From Oikopleura dioica (taxonomy: Eukaryota; Animalia; Chordata): DNA of 64,000 nucleotides. Positions 1 through 14,128 of the stretch are shown here, one piece after another. The position numbers and the translations under genes were made by a program. Under the pieces are notes generated by a model. The model ran no database searches, was not told the DNA's origin, and worked only from the letters and a program-made list of their open reading frames with translations. Every line of letters starts with the position of its first letter. The first letter of the stretch is position 1. Location: NCBI GenBank assembly GCA_907165135.1, contig OU015570.1, positions 1,695,929 to 1,759,928 on the forward strand. The letters are read 5' to 3'.

Positions 1-1478
1 AAAAAAATTCCAAAAAAATTCCAAAAAAAAGCGACTAACAAACACAATCTGATGGCAAAATTTTATTTCATCAAATATTTACGCCAAGATCGATTCTACA
101 GATTTAAATTTGTCTTGTCACGCTTGGTATCACCAAATTGATCCGACATATTTGCAAAAATCATTTCACGATACAGTCAATACGAAAAGTTCGTTTACGA
201 GCCAGATTGACCCAAATTGTCGTATGATCATGTCATCTCCTCTATTACGAGATAACGTTTTACCATTGGAATGCTCATTGCTCTCAGTCATAATCAACGG
301 GTCGAAACTAATTAAGGGTTCATTCGGTCTAGGACCCAGGTGTATGTACCATACTTGAAGTCGTCTTTGATTGTTTCTGACTATTCTAGTGCGATCTGAC
401 GTCGCATTCATCCTGTTATGCAATTCGCAAAACCGCATGCTATTTTATTTTTGATATTTCTCAGAATCAAGAGCTTTAAACTCGAAATTTGCTCAGATCG
501 ATAATTGAGCGAATAAATGTGAATTTAATAATCACAACAATAATTAGCCCTCAAATAAAAATAAAACCACCCGCATAAATGAATCAATCGATAAACCGAT
601 TTATAATCTTCGATGCCGCTGAGACAGACGATTAAGATAATCTGCCAATGGGTCATGGCTTGATGCAAATTAGCTCATCCGAATAAGTCGACAGTTACGG
701 AGTCGAACAGGCGACATGTAAATTACTGCAGTAACTTCCGCCTGAACTTGCTTTTTTCATCCCGATTTCGATTGAAATAATGAGTGCATTTTATAGAAGA
801 TCCAACGATCGAGAGCTCTGCTGCTTGTCAATTTATTTGTAAAACTGATTGAACGTATGAGCGCAAGCATATCATTTACAAGTGAATTATGATTTGACCG
901 TGAGGAGAAGGTCGAGTGATATTAAACGCTATCTTTTACAGTATCGTGACTTTTGGGGAGAGTATCTTGAGACTGGCTTTCTGCAGTTTATTTTAACCGT
1001 GAAAAGAATTGATAGAATTCAATTTTTTTATCCTTATTTTTCATACTATTAGAACACTGTGACCACTTACGGGTCTGGAACTATTTGAAAATCCTTTTTT
1101 TGACAAGTGACTGTCATACTTCTCTTAAAAGATGATTAAAAATAACTTGTCTGAGCTACCCAGCGAAAGAAAATTTATACTTCCAAAATAGGATCAATAA
1201 AAGCCTGCTTATCAACTCGTCATGATTTTGGAAAATTGCTGGAAAAATATTATTCATGGCCTCCATTTCGGCTTTGCGAAGACTGCAGTGGATTATTTTG
1301 AATATTATGTAAACCGCAAGAGCCTTCAGCTCTGTTTTTATTTTAAACGCTAAGTTTAGTTTAAGTTTTAGAAACCATGAAAACACTATAAAATAGATAT
1401 TCTCCATTCGATGATTTTTTCCAGTTGCAAAATTTTTGCTTGATGATCCTTATTTTTAGGACAGCCGCTTCCGCATCA

Positions 1479-4400
1479 TTTTCAGATGATTTACAGTTCA
1501 TTTGAATAAAAAATAAAAAAATTCTGATGCGTTTTTGGCGTTTTCAGATAATTTACAGTTCATAAAAATGAAAATAAAAAAATTCTGATGCGTTTTTTGG
1601 CGTTTTCAGATGATTAACAGTTCATAAAAATAAAAAAAAAATTAATAGAAAGTCTGATGCGTTTTTTTGCGTTTTCAGATAATTAACAGTTCAAAAAAAT
1701 AAAAAAAAAAATTAAAAAAAAATTCTGATGCGTTTTTTGGCGTTTTCAGATAATTAACAGTTCAAAAATCGAAAAAATTAAGAAAATTCTGATGCGTTTT
1801 TTGGCGTTTAAATGATTAACAGTTCATAAAAATAAAAAATATAAATTCAGAAAATTCTGATGCGTTTTTTGGCGTTTTCAGATGATTTACAGTTCATAAA
1901 AATAAACGTTTATGCATTCAAAAAACCATCGAAAAAATTAAAAAATTTGATGCGTTTTTTGGCGTTTTCAGATGATTTACAGTTCATAAAATAAAAATTA
2001 TAAAAAATTCTGATGCGTTTTTTGGCGTTTTCAGATGATTTACAGTTCATAAAATATAAAATTAAAAAAATTCTGATGCGTTTTTTGATGCGTTTTGTTT
2101 TCAGATGATTTACAGTTCATAAAAATAAAAAATTAATAAAATTTTGATGCGTTTTGGCGTTTTCAGATGATTTACAGTTCATAAAAATAAAAAAATTAAA
2201 AAATTTTGATGCGTTTTTTGGCGTTTTCAGATGATTTACAGTTCATAAAAATAAAAAATTAAAAAATTCTGATGCGTTTTTTGGCGTTTTCAGATGATTT
2301 ACAGTTCATAAAAATAAAAAATTAAGAAAATTCTGATGCGTTTTTTGGCGTTTTCAGATGATTTACAGTTCATAAAAATAAAAAATTAAAAAAATTCTGA
2401 TGCGTTTTTTGGCGTTTTCAGATGATTTACAGTTCATAAAAATAAAAAATTAAAAAATTTGATGCGTTTTTTGGCGTTTTCAGATGATTTACAGTTCATA
2501 AAAATAAAAAATTAAAAAAATTTGATGCGTTTTTTGGCGTTTTCAGATGATTTACAGTTCATAAAAATAAAAAATTAAAAAAATTCTGATGCGTTTTTTG
2601 GCGTTTTCAGATGATTTACAGTTCATAAAAATAAAAAATTAAAAAATTTGATGCGTTTTTTGGCGTTTTCAGATGATTTACAGTTCATAAAAATAAAAAA
2701 TTAAAAAAATTCTGATGCGTTTTTTGGCGTTTTCAGATGATTTACAGTTCATAAAAATAAAAAATTAAAAAATTCTGATGCGTTTTTTGGCGTTTTCAGA
2801 TGATTTACAGTTCATAAAAAAAAAAAATTAAAAAAAATTCTGATGCGTTTTTTGGCGTTTTCAGATGATTTACAGTTCATAAAAATAAAAAATTAAAAAA
2901 TTCTGATGCGTTTTTTGGCGTTTTCAGATGATTTACAGTTCATAAAAATAAAAAAATTAAAAAAAATTTGATGCGTTTTTTTGGCGTTTTCAGATGATTT
3001 ACAGTTCATAAAAATAAAAAATTAAAAAAATTCTGATGCGTTTTTTGGCGTTTTCAGATGATTTACAGTTCATAAAAATAAAAAATTAAAAATTCTGATG
3101 CGTTTTTTGGCGTTTTCAGATGATTTACAGTTCATAAAAATAAAAAATTAAAAAAATTCTGATGCGTTTTTTGGCGTTTTCAGATGATTTACAGTTCATA
3201 AAAATAAAAAATTAAAAAATTCTGATGCGTTTTTTGGCGTTTTCAGATGATTTACAGTTCATAAAAATAATAAAAAATTAAAAAAATTTGATGCGTTTTT
3301 TGGCGTTTTCAGATGATTTACAGTTCATAAAAATAAAAAATTAAAAAAATTTGATGCGTTTTTTGGCGTTTTCAGATGATTTACAGTTCATAAAAATAAA
3401 AAATTAAAAAATTCTGATGCGTTTTTTGGCGTTTTCAGATGATTTACAGTTCATAAAAATAAAAAATTAAAAAATTCTGATGCGTTTTTTGGCGTTTTCA
3501 GATGATTTACAGTTCATAAAAATAAAAAATTAAAAAAATTTGATGCGTTTTTTGGCGTTTTCAGATGATTTACAGTTCATAAAAATAAAAAAAATAAAAA
3601 AATTCTGATGCGTTTTTTGGCGTTTTCAGATGATTTACAGTTCATAAAAATAAAAAATTAAAAAATTTGATGCGTTTTTTGGCGTTTTCAGATGATTTAC
3701 AGTTCATAAAAATAAAAAATTAAAAAAATTCTGATGCGTTTTTTGGCGTTTTCAGATGATTTACAGTTCATAAAAATAAAAAATTAAAAAATTTGATGCG
3801 TTTTTTGGCGTTTTCAGATGATTTACAGTTCATAAAAATAAAAAATTAAAAAATTCTGATGCGTTTTTTGGCGTTTTCAGATGATTTACAGTTCATAAAA
3901 ATAAAAAATTAAAAAAAATTTGATGCGTTTTTTGGCGTTTTCAGATGATTTACAGTTCATAAAAAAAAAAAAAATAAAATGCGTTTTTTGGCTGATGCAG
4001 TTCATTTGATGCGTTTTTTGGCGTTTTCAGATGATTTACAGTTCATAAAAATAAAAAATTAAAAAAAATCTGATGCGTTTTTTGGCGTTTTCAGATGATT
4101 TACAGTTCATAAAAATAAAAAATTAAAAAAAATTTGATGCGTTTTTTGGCGTTTTCAGATGATTTACAGTTCATAAAAATAAAAAATTAAAAAAATTTGA
4201 TGCGTTTTTTGGCGTTTTCAGATGATTTACAGTTCATAAAAATAAAAAATTAAAAAATTTGATGCGTTTTTTGGCGTTTTCAGATGATTTACAGTTCATA
4301 AAAATAAAAAATTAAAAAAATTTGATGCGTTTTTTGGCGTTTTCAGATGATTTACAGTTCATAAAAATAAAAAATTAAAAAATTTGATGCGTTTTTTGGC

Positions 4401-5096
4401 GTTTTCAGATGATTTACAGTTCATAAAAATAAAAAATTAAAAAATTCTGATGCGTTTTTTGGCGTTTTCAGATGATTTACAGTTCATAAAAATAAAAAAT
4501 TAAAAAATTTGATGCGTTTTTTGGCGTTTTCAGATGATTTACAGTTCAAAAAATATAAAAAATTAAAAAAAATTTGATGCGTTTTTTGGCGTTTTCAGAT
4601 GATTTACAGTTCATAAAAATAAAAAAAATAAAAAAATTTGATGCGTTTTTTGGCGTTTTCAGATGATTTACAGTTCATAAAAATAAAAAATTAAAAAAAT
4701 TTGATGCGTTTTTTGGCGTTTTCAGATGATTTACAGTTCATAAAAATAAAAAATTAAAAGAAAAATTTGATGCGTTTTTTGGCGTTTTCAGATGATTTAC
4801 AGTTCATAAAAATAAAAAATTAAAAAAATTTGATGCGTTTTTTGGCGTTTTCAGATGATTTACAGTTCATAAAAATAAAAAATTAAAAAATTCTGATGCG
4901 TTTTTTGGCGTTTTCAGATGATTTACAGTTCATAAAAATAAAAAATTAAAAAAATTTGATGCGTTTTTTGGCGTTTTCAGATGATTTACAGTTCATAAAA
5001 ATAAAAAATTAAAAAATTTGATGCGTTTTTTGGCGTTTTCAGATGATTTACAGTTCATAAAAATAAAAAAAATTAATAAAAAATTTGATGCGTTTT
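1479..5096. repeat. Tandem satellite, 62-64 bp unit (TTCTGATGCGTTTTTTGGCGTTTTCAGATGATTTACAGTTCATAAAAATAAAAAATTAAAAAA), truncated by assembly gap
   Basis: Over 50 head-to-tail copies; unit starts at 2341, 2405 and 2467 give periods of 64 and 62. Confidence 0.98.
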
Positions 5097-5596
5097 NNNN
5101 NNNNNNNNNNNNNNNNNNNNNNNNNNNNNNNNNNNNNNNNNNNNNNNNNNNNNNNNNNNNNNNNNNNNNNNNNNNNNNNNNNNNNNNNNNNNNNNNNNNN
5201 NNNNNNNNNNNNNNNNNNNNNNNNNNNNNNNNNNNNNNNNNNNNNNNNNNNNNNNNNNNNNNNNNNNNNNNNNNNNNNNNNNNNNNNNNNNNNNNNNNNN
5301 NNNNNNNNNNNNNNNNNNNNNNNNNNNNNNNNNNNNNNNNNNNNNNNNNNNNNNNNNNNNNNNNNNNNNNNNNNNNNNNNNNNNNNNNNNNNNNNNNNNN
5401 NNNNNNNNNNNNNNNNNNNNNNNNNNNNNNNNNNNNNNNNNNNNNNNNNNNNNNNNNNNNNNNNNNNNNNNNNNNNNNNNNNNNNNNNNNNNNNNNNNNN
5501 NNNNNNNNNNNNNNNNNNNNNNNNNNNNNNNNNNNNNNNNNNNNNNNNNNNNNNNNNNNNNNNNNNNNNNNNNNNNNNNNNNNNNNNNNNNNNNNN
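5097..5596. other. Scaffold gap (500 N)
   Basis: Run of exactly 500 N. Confidence 0.99.
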
Positions 5597-7581
5597 GGCT
5601 TGTTTTGCTTCAGCCATCTCCGCTGTTACTACAATGCTCAAATCATTTTTATCGCGATAAGCTCGAGTTCGGCGGATTTTAACGTACTCTGTCTCCTTCG
5701 GACCGATAAAGGACGTGTCCATAGCGACGAGAGCAGATTTTTAGTACGCTTTACAATCTCGACGATTTTCTCTTCGATTTTCGTGCATCTGAACCTTTTT
5801 AGTAGAATAGGTCCTTCAGGAAAGCCGTAAAGATTTTTAATCTTTTTAGTAGGTTATAGCCTAAAACTCCGTTGTAATCAATTTTATTTTCATTTGATAT
5901 AATTAAAAATTTTATATTAGGGACTGTCTTCCCTTGAACATTAATATTACAGGTAACTGTTTCTGAAATGCTGCACATGTTGACGTTAAATGCATTGCTT
6001 ATTCCTACTTCAGATTTACGCAATAAAAAGCTGCTGGCTCCTGTATCGAGGAGAACATTATGAACTTCGTGGTGAAGAATATCTTCGTCTCGATATTGGG
6101 CGATAATGATTGAGGTAGTTGGCAGAGCGGGTCCCATCTTGATTGGGAATTTTACAAATTTATAATCAAAATAATTGAACGGATTTTGGGGAAATATACA
6201 AGGTCGAGAAGATTTGAAATTGTTTTAGAGAACGCTTGGACACTGACTCTTCTAGTGACCACGTCCCTGACATTTGTAACAGGTAACGTGTGCCCTTGAT
6301 TTTACAGGCTTCTCATCGTCACTTTTTTCTTACTCTTGGTATTTTCCCCGCTTCCTTGCGCCTTTTTCTGATAACTGCTCTGCTTTTTATTGTTATCGCT
6401 CTTGCCTCGATAATTCTGGTTTGATCCTTTTCTTCTTTGGCTCTCACTTTTTGCCAATGATGATTTGATATTTTTGTCTTTTCCTTTACTACTCAATCCT
6501 TGGCCCTGATTTTTATAATGCTTCTGCTTATAATTATTCAGGTTCTCTTGGGATTCCTGCGGTTTCCCTTGAGTTTTCGATTTCTGAGTCAAATAGAGTT
6601 CCGATGAAGGGCTCCTTGTCGCATATAAATTTTCTTAGATGCGTAATTGCTCTTCCTGTGACTGCTCAGAGGCAACCCTAAACAATGACTCGTTTGTCAG
6701 ATAATTGGGAAGCTTGCTTTTGAATTTATCCCAACTGATTGCCTTAATAACAAGAGGCGTTTCCTCTGGGTGAATTTCCTCAATAAAAGATGTTACTTTT
6801 TGTAGAAAAGATTTGAGGTCATCGGGCTTATTGAACCTGAGTTCCTGCAGCATTCAAGTTGCAACTGCATCATTTCGCCGGTATTTGACTCGAATTAAAT
6901 CGAGGAATTTTTCGAAATTTGTACGGTCTTCAGCTTTTAGATTTGAGAGTTGTAGGTTTATCTGTATCTGATCCGAAATCGGTAGGGCTTTGATGGTCGC
7001 TTCAATTTTAGTGTTGAAATCTGCGACATTTTGCCTTTCCAATTGCGATTTGATAAGCTTTATCCGTGATTCAACTCTCAATTTCGGTGAGTAATCAGAA
7101 AAAGTGATTTTATGTGCCTTGTTTAATTAACAAGATGACATGTTGTTTACTTTTGCGTGTAAAGGTTCGTCTTTTATGTGATTATCTTCGGAAAGCTCGG
7201 AGTCAATTCGCAATTCCTCCTGGCTGAAGCTTTCAGTATTCATATTCAGATCCAACTGATTTTTGAAATTTGAATCTGACTCTACCAATGAGAGTGCAGA
7301 TTTATACGGCTGATATGCTTCCAGGAAATCCGAGTCGGATTTTCGGATTGGCGTGTCAAGTGTATTTTCAGATGCTTGATTGTAGCTGAAGATAATGCGG
7401 ATGTATGACACAAGTCCTGTTGGTGCGCTGTGTGCAAATTTTGATGAAAAAGAAGATCATCGCCGTTGTGTCGCAAAATTTGGACTTTAACGTAAATCGC
7501 CTTCTTTTTGATTTCAGCGACAATTGGATCTTTCTTCAGGTTTTCGGCCGGTTGATTTTTAAAAATTATTGGAAAAAACAA
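5597..7581 (-). pseudogene. Decayed LTR-retrotransposon gag-protease (probably Ty3/gypsy), cut off by the gap
   Basis: Gag pieces share one frame with stops at 7127, 6854 and 6635. A frameshift leads into a CCHC knuckle CYKCQGRGH*KSQC at ~6230-6275. Aspartic protease motif LLDTGAS...VLG lies in 5799-6137. Confidence 0.85.
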
Positions 7582-7838
7582 TTCAAATAATAAGTTTTTA
7601 TTGACTTTGTTATTTTAACGTTGAAGCTTTGGCCAAGATGTTAAACTTCTACCATTATTTATTTTGATTAAAATTCCCATTCCTTGCTCCTAGTTCGTTG
7701 ATAATATCGTTTTTGAAAGTGCTTTTCTCCTGAATCACTTATTTCAAAGTAAGGATTTCACTTGAAGTAATCAGCTCTTTCTAAAATAAACTACCAATCT
7801 AAAGACCGACGTGCTTTTCTGAGAAGTGCTAACTAAAA

Positions 7839-8852
7839 CAGGGATGGAAATCTGAGCGGCACGGCACAGCGGCATGGAGAGTAAAATCTGGTTGCGGCAC
7901 CGCGGCGCAGTATAATTAACCATTCCTTGATTTGTTAATTTAAGGGGCTTGACGGCCCTTCGGGCGGGGCTATGTACTTAACTCGAAATGCCTTAACTCG
8001 AAATGGCCCATAACCCTAACCCTAATCCTAACTCTTAATCATACAAATATATGTTACATATAATACCGATGAAAGTAGGGGTTGCCCTGGAAAGAAGCCC
8101 GAATAAGCGACACCATGCGGGCGGATATCTTTTTCTTTCAGCGGCGGAGGACCCGGTGGAGGACCCCGCTTGCTGGAAGAGTTCTATTATTTGAGAAGAA
8201 ATCTCTTCTCACTAAAATTTTTCTAATTATTACGTAATTACACCACCAAACACCTCCAAAATTATTTCTTTTTCAATTTTATTCATCTCCCTCAGCAAAA
8301 CAGAGAAATAAAAAAGCCTCACTCTCCTGGGAGAAGGGCGCCAGGGGGTGGCCAGAGATTATCTCCATATATGGAGATAATCTTTTTTCCAGGGCAATGC
8401 TTTACTTTCATCGGTATGTATATACATGGAAACTAACGAGTTTCCATTTCGAGTTCAGCCATTTCGAGTTAAAGCATTTCGGCCGTTTCAGCCCCGTTCC
8501 TTGATTTGTTAATTCAAGGGGCTTGACATTGGCTGGGAACATTGCTTTCAATCTCCGTAACGTCGCCAACCCCACCCTCACCCATTGTTTGAAAAATTCA
8601 AATTATCCAACATTTTAAGTTCATTATTGTTTTCATTTAATTTTTTGATAATTCTAGTTCACTAGAAGCTTTAATTTTTTTCATTTAAATAAATAAGTTA
8701 TATGATTCAAATTTGTGCCGTACCGTGCCGTGATGCCGCGGCACCCCATTATCGAATTTCGTGCCGTGCCGTACCGTGCCGCGGCACGGGTATTTTGGTT
8801 GTGCCGTGCCGTGCCGGTGCCGCTTGAAAATTTTCTCATATTTCCATCCCTG
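7839..8852. mobile_element. hAT-like MITE carrying nested insertions
   Basis: TIR CAGGGATGGAAAT at 7839-7851 and its complement at 8840-8852; subterminal (CGGCA)n/(TGCCG)n repeats; flanking 8-mers do not match. Confidence 0.7.
7975..8482. mobile_element. Fold-back MITE with telomere-like repeats, enclosing a second inverted-repeat element (~8062-8425)
   Basis: CTCGAAATGCCTTAACTCGAAATGGC is mirrored by GCCATTTCGAGTTAAAGCATTTCG. TAACCCTAACCCTAA lies at ~8011. The inner pair is ATACCGATGAAAGTA..GCCCTGGAAA / TTTCCAGGGC..TACTTTCATCGGTAT. Confidence 0.7.
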
Positions 8853-10636
8853 ATATAGGCTATATATATATATGTAATTCTTATTTCCATCAAATCTAAC
8901 ACCTTCTGATCAATACTCACCCGATTTATTTCTTATTGTTTATTCGTGGTAGTTTTGTAAGAGACATTTCGGTCTCCGTTAATCAAATGTATGTAGAGCT
9001 TTGGTGGTGCTCCTTATTTATGGGATCCCCCGATTTCGCCAACTTTGACCTCTATCTACTTTTTTGAGCTTACGTAGGAAGCTGGTTTTGGGCGCATTAG
9101 AAAGCCCGCTTCGAAAAGAGCAAATTCTGGTAGAATCAGCTTGCAAGCAAAACATTCGCTTATGCATTACAGGCCGTCAAAGTGATTAACATTTTGAAAA
9201 ATGGCCATTTAAGGTCATTTCCAAATCGTATCTACTTTTTTTTGGGCTTTGGGATTCAAAATCTTCTTGGTTTATCTAAAAGTATAGACGCGTATCTTTA
9301 TTTTTTTGTTAGAATCAGCATGATCGGATAAGTGATTAAAAAAATTCTAGTTGTAAAACTTTTTGAAACCATTTTTGGCGTTATTTGGGTGTAAGAATGC
9401 TCTCTGGCGCCAACAATTGACCGAAGATTCTAGTGCGGTTATAATATTCGTAATCTTCACATTCTAAGCTTTCGAAAGAGCCCTTGTTTGTGTGATTTCG
9501 ATGATTATGAAAAATCGAAAAAAATTGTGATTTTCACGATGTACAATTTACATGCATTTTCCCGAACTTTGGGAGCCAAAATTTCGGGGATGCATTTACA
9601 TCCCTGTATGTTGGGGGGCTGATCAACACCTCATATGAAAGCTTAGAGTCTGTTGTTTGTAGCATCGACCGAATTTTTGGAATCGACCAATCAGATGGCG
9701 AGAAATTTCTTGGTCAATGTTTGATGATTTTTTTGTCAAAAAACGCTCAAAATTTCATTTTTTCTTTATTATCGGCCAGAATATGACCAGCTATGGCCAG
9801 CCATGGTCAAGTTTGGCCGGAGGACCCCGGAGGACCTCTATGGTAGAAGACCATCCGCTGGAAGACCAGTATAAAAATTAAAAAAAAAATATTCAATATA
9901 TGGCCGTGGTCGGTCAGTATATGACCACCTCTGGTTAACTTTGGTCAAGTTTGGCCGGAGGATCCCCGGAGGACCTCCCTGCTGGAAGACCACTCAGATG
10001 GCGAGAAATTTCTCGGTTAATTTTTGATTATTTTCTGTCAAAAAACGCTCAAATTTTGGTTTTTAAATAATTTCATCGATTTTGAAAAAGATAAGTAGCA
10101 AGACCGACTGGTTGATTTCTATAAAAATTCGAATTTTATCTCAATTTTAAAAAATTAACCGCCTTTCATATTAATTTACCGGCTATTTTTACGATTTTTT
10201 GGTAGTTAAAATGTACCGCGGGTTAGCTTATCGGTGAGAATATCTTAAATATCTGATTATTTTTACAATCGACCATAATTATTTGGGTTTTCTGACAAAA
10301 ATTAGTTTCAAAGTGTTTATGTTTAAAAGATATATTTACACTTGATCTAATGTACTACACAGAATAAGTATTATTTTCGCTTGAATTCGACGTTTTCTTC
10401 ATAATTGTCCATATGCCAGAAAACGCTTTGAGATAAATTTATTAAATAATTTTTCCAAAATGGCTTACCGATGTTGATTTCGCGCTTCAGTGATGTCATC
10501 TCGTGAAAAGTAGAAATACTCTGTTTTGAGTTAGCTATCAAGATTAAAATAAAAGGATTTTCGAAAAATATTTTTAACTCCTTCCTGCATGGTCAGCGCC
10601 AAATTTCAGAAAAGCTTCGCTGTCAATAATCGTTAA

Positions 10637-11162
10637 CCGTGTGGGACGAATCCCCGCGTATGAGCGCGGGAGGAACCGTACATTCGAATGTCATTTAAGC
10701 AAAAACTCGAATAACTCATGAACCGCTCGTCCGATATTCCTCAGATTTTCAGAGATTACTAATCTTTATGTCCTCTTTCATATCCTGATGTCAGAATTCA
10801 TATCTTGGTATCGTCAGAAATACTTATTTTTTAGAAAGTATGAAAGTGAGAAATTTTAATTATCATCATGTTGCAGTTGATGAGATTTCATCAGAAATAT
10901 AGATTAAAGTTGCCTAAATAGCTCAAACAAACAAATTGGTTCGTTTTTACAGTAAAAATCTCAGCGGGCGCTCGAGTAGGGTAGACATAATCCCGTGTCA
11001 GGTGCAACTGAGCCCTGATAAAAATTCCATATTTGCACAAGTTACTGAGAAGGCATGAACCAACCCACATTTAAAATTTAAAAGTTCTCGGACTTATAGT
11101 TTGGGAATAGCGGGCCCCTAAAGTCTTAAATGACATTGGAATGTACGATTCGTCCCACGCGG
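10637..11162. mobile_element. piggyBac-type MITE
   Basis: TIR CCG(T/C)GTGGGACGAATC..GTACATT.AATGTCATTT; TTAA at 10633-10636 and 11163-11166. Confidence 0.8.
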
Positions 11163-11166
11163 TTAA

Positions 11167-11646
11167 CCCGTTAACTGGGCGCGCGATATTATACGTTAAC
11201 AGACGCGTGGAGATCTAATCTCCACGGACGTTCTGACGATTTCTGTAAAGTATGGCCAATCTTAGTAAATTCTAAGAAGACAGGGTGATTCAGAAGCGTC
11301 TGCTCTTTCATCTGACCATTGTTTTTTTGTTACTCTTGGTCGTCTAATGGCTGAAAATTGGCTTCAAAGTTACGTCATTTTCGGCGCTGAAAACCATTGA
11401 AAAGGGAAAAAAGGGAAAAGGCGAGCGTGTTGCATTACTCTTTCCCTTTTTTTCGCTGACTGAAGTTTTTCTTTTGCTTCTCCTGAGAAGAATTTCACGC
11501 AGAATTTTTTGAAAATTATACTAGGGGATAGAGAATCGATTATATTTTTCAAAAATGCAAAAATTTAAAAAAAAATTGAGTCTGGTCCATGTTAGAGCGC
11601 TTCAAAGGCGCCGTGGAGATTAGATCTCCACGCGACTGTTAAGGGG
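11167..11646. mobile_element. piggyBac-type MITE abutting the previous one
   Basis: CCC...GGG ends; internal inverted TTAACAG(A/T)CGCGTGGAGATCTAATCTCCACGG; TTAA at 11163-11166 and 11647-11650. Confidence 0.7.
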
Positions 11647-14128
11647 TTAACGGGCCGCAATCTGGAACTCCAAAGAAAATTTTCACAAAATAAGTTTTAC
11701 CTAGACTTCCCTGAGGGCACATGTTTGTTGTCGTTCTTTTTTGGATATTATTTCCGTAAAACAAAGAGAAAACTGCGTCAATTGCTGGAAAAAGAAACGG
11801 CCAATATTGCTCGTGGTATCTTTTGTGAGCTTTTCAAATGTTTTTTTAGGGTTCCAAAAAATAAATGCATTTTTAAGCTCATTCTCGATAAATGTGATCT
11901 TGAAGAGACAAGGAACTCGTGTCCGCTTGTATAAATACTGTTATAAAATGACCAATATCATTTTCGAGTTTCCATCATTTTATTGTGTTGAACGGTTTCG
12001 AGCAAAGCTCTTCATCAGAACACTAGGAGAAGGTAGAAACATAAGGAACAGAAAGGAAGAGTTAACCTGCAAAATTGTGCGGATGGGACTGATGGAAACT
12101 CAATTATAAAACGTAAACTTCAATATAATATCATTTTCGTCAATAGTGTCGTCATTTTCTTTTGTTGGAGTAAAAGATCTCTGAGTTACCATGTCCCAAT
12201 CAATATAGATACTTAACATGATAAATATCAACGATTTAATTAATTAAAATATTGTTTTGAGTTGAATTAAAAAACAGCTTTTCAAAAGGAAAAACTTATT
12301 TATCATATACTTATATTTTATAATATAAGTATATATATAATATATATATAAGTATATATATTATAATTATAATAAATATACTTATATTTTATCTTACCTC
12401 ATTATTATAGAATCAATTTGACGGCCCTTTGTCTCTTCGATGACAAGTTTTTTTGCTTGTTTCTTTTGTTTTGAATCGCCTGTAGCCAAATTGAGAATTC
12501 AAAGTGATTGTGAGGGTCCTGACAGATTGATATTATTTCAAATTTGAAAGTATTACCGAGTAAAATAGACTTTGATTCCTTGTAGAGTTGTTTTTAAGAG
12601 ACCAAAGAAGGCGAGAACATGTGTCGACGTGATAAACGTTATCTTTTAAATAACAATTAAACATGATTTATAAATAATAAAAAACACCACTTTATCCATA
12701 GATGATTACTGACAAAATGATTGATTGAAAGAAATAAATGTTTACACCAATGACATAAAAATCCAGCACAATATAAACTATAATTTGAGAAAATTGATTG
12801 CCCGTAGGGAATAAGCGTCTCCTAACTTCTTTTGAAATTTTTGGACGGATTCATTTGCTTGAAAATCGACTTTCTTCATTTTTTCAAATTTAAGAATCTA
12901 TCTTCAGCAGTCGTCACGTTGATTATCTTTGACGGCGTAATGTTCTCCATGAAAATGTTGCTCGCATCTCCGTTATCGTCTTTTTGTTTTTCATAGCAAT
13001 TGTCATTCGTCGTTGTCAATCTTTTTTGGTGGCAGAATATTCGTCAAATCAGCAAAAGGTTTTTTCTCGCTCTTCCGTTTTTTCGATTCGCTGACTTTTC
13101 TTTCTACGAAGAAATTTTCTTTTGCAAAACTGCTCGACTATCGATTTTGTTGCATTCCCTGAATTTGCCTCGAACACAGCTAATAATAATATTATTATTT
13201 CTTATCCGATTATTTTTTTGTTTATGGATGATCACAAGAGCAAGAGAAAATTTACCGTTGACATTTAAAATCGCCAATTATAGAGCCACCCTGTCTTTCT
13301 GTAGCTTCGTTAACGTTAATAAAATAACGCTAATGATAGTGATACAAAAATTATACCGATTTGCTTGTGAGTCGCGCATCTCTACGTTTCCGCACTGTTC
13401 AAGCCTTTCAAAAAGTTTCAATAAATCACTGATTCAAGTGGCCAAGCCGAAATAGAAAAGAGGCAAGCTGCTTTGTAACGGATAAGAGTTCAAGATTAAC
13501 AAACGCATCTGAACTTGTTTTCTCATTTTCAGATTATTTTATCTCTTTGCTGAAACTTTATTTTTCTTCTCAAAAAGTCAAACTCTTCTCGCGCTCTGCA
13601 TTCATCAATAAGCTCGACGTGATTTATCGCTCGGTCCATTGTATTAAGTTCCGATGCAATAATGCTAACATAGCTATGATGCGCATCTTTCAGAGGTTTT
13701 TAAATTTGTTTAATATTTGTTTTAATTATTGATTTTTAGATTCTTCACAAACTCTGGCGATGTATGATTTACTTTCTAAAGGCTGCTCTTTATTCTTTAA
13801 AACTTTCAAAAATTTTAACAAACGCCTTTAATTGTGAGCAGCCTAAACTGTGCAGCGGTGTTTTAAAAGTTATGACCAATTCAGGGTAGAACCGTAATTG
13901 TGAGAAGCTGAATTAAAAAATCTATGAGTATTAACTCATACCTGTATTGGTTCTTGAAGTCGAGAATGGGGTGAGAATTTTTCATCTATTTTATTCCATT
14001 TTTTATTATTCTGGGTTAATTTTGTTTAAATTGAATTATCTTTTACTTTTTAATTCTTAATTCTTTTAAAAGATTATGACTTCTCATCTTTATTTTTATA
14101 CTTATTTAGAGGCTATAGTGGATCTCAA

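Noticed and set aside
1-1478. Short ORFs at 110-438 and 1156-1407
   Set aside because: They are AT-rich, under 91 aa, and show no motif or splice-consistent structure.
5018-5830. Three long ORFs in the ORF track
   Set aside because: They are artefacts of translating through the 500-N gap.
11725-13732. ORFs of 61-151 aa, including 13000-13455
   Set aside because: Their Phe/Leu/Ile-rich composition reflects AT-rich DNA. A Lys/Glu-rich decayed frame may exist on the minus strand but could not be assigned.
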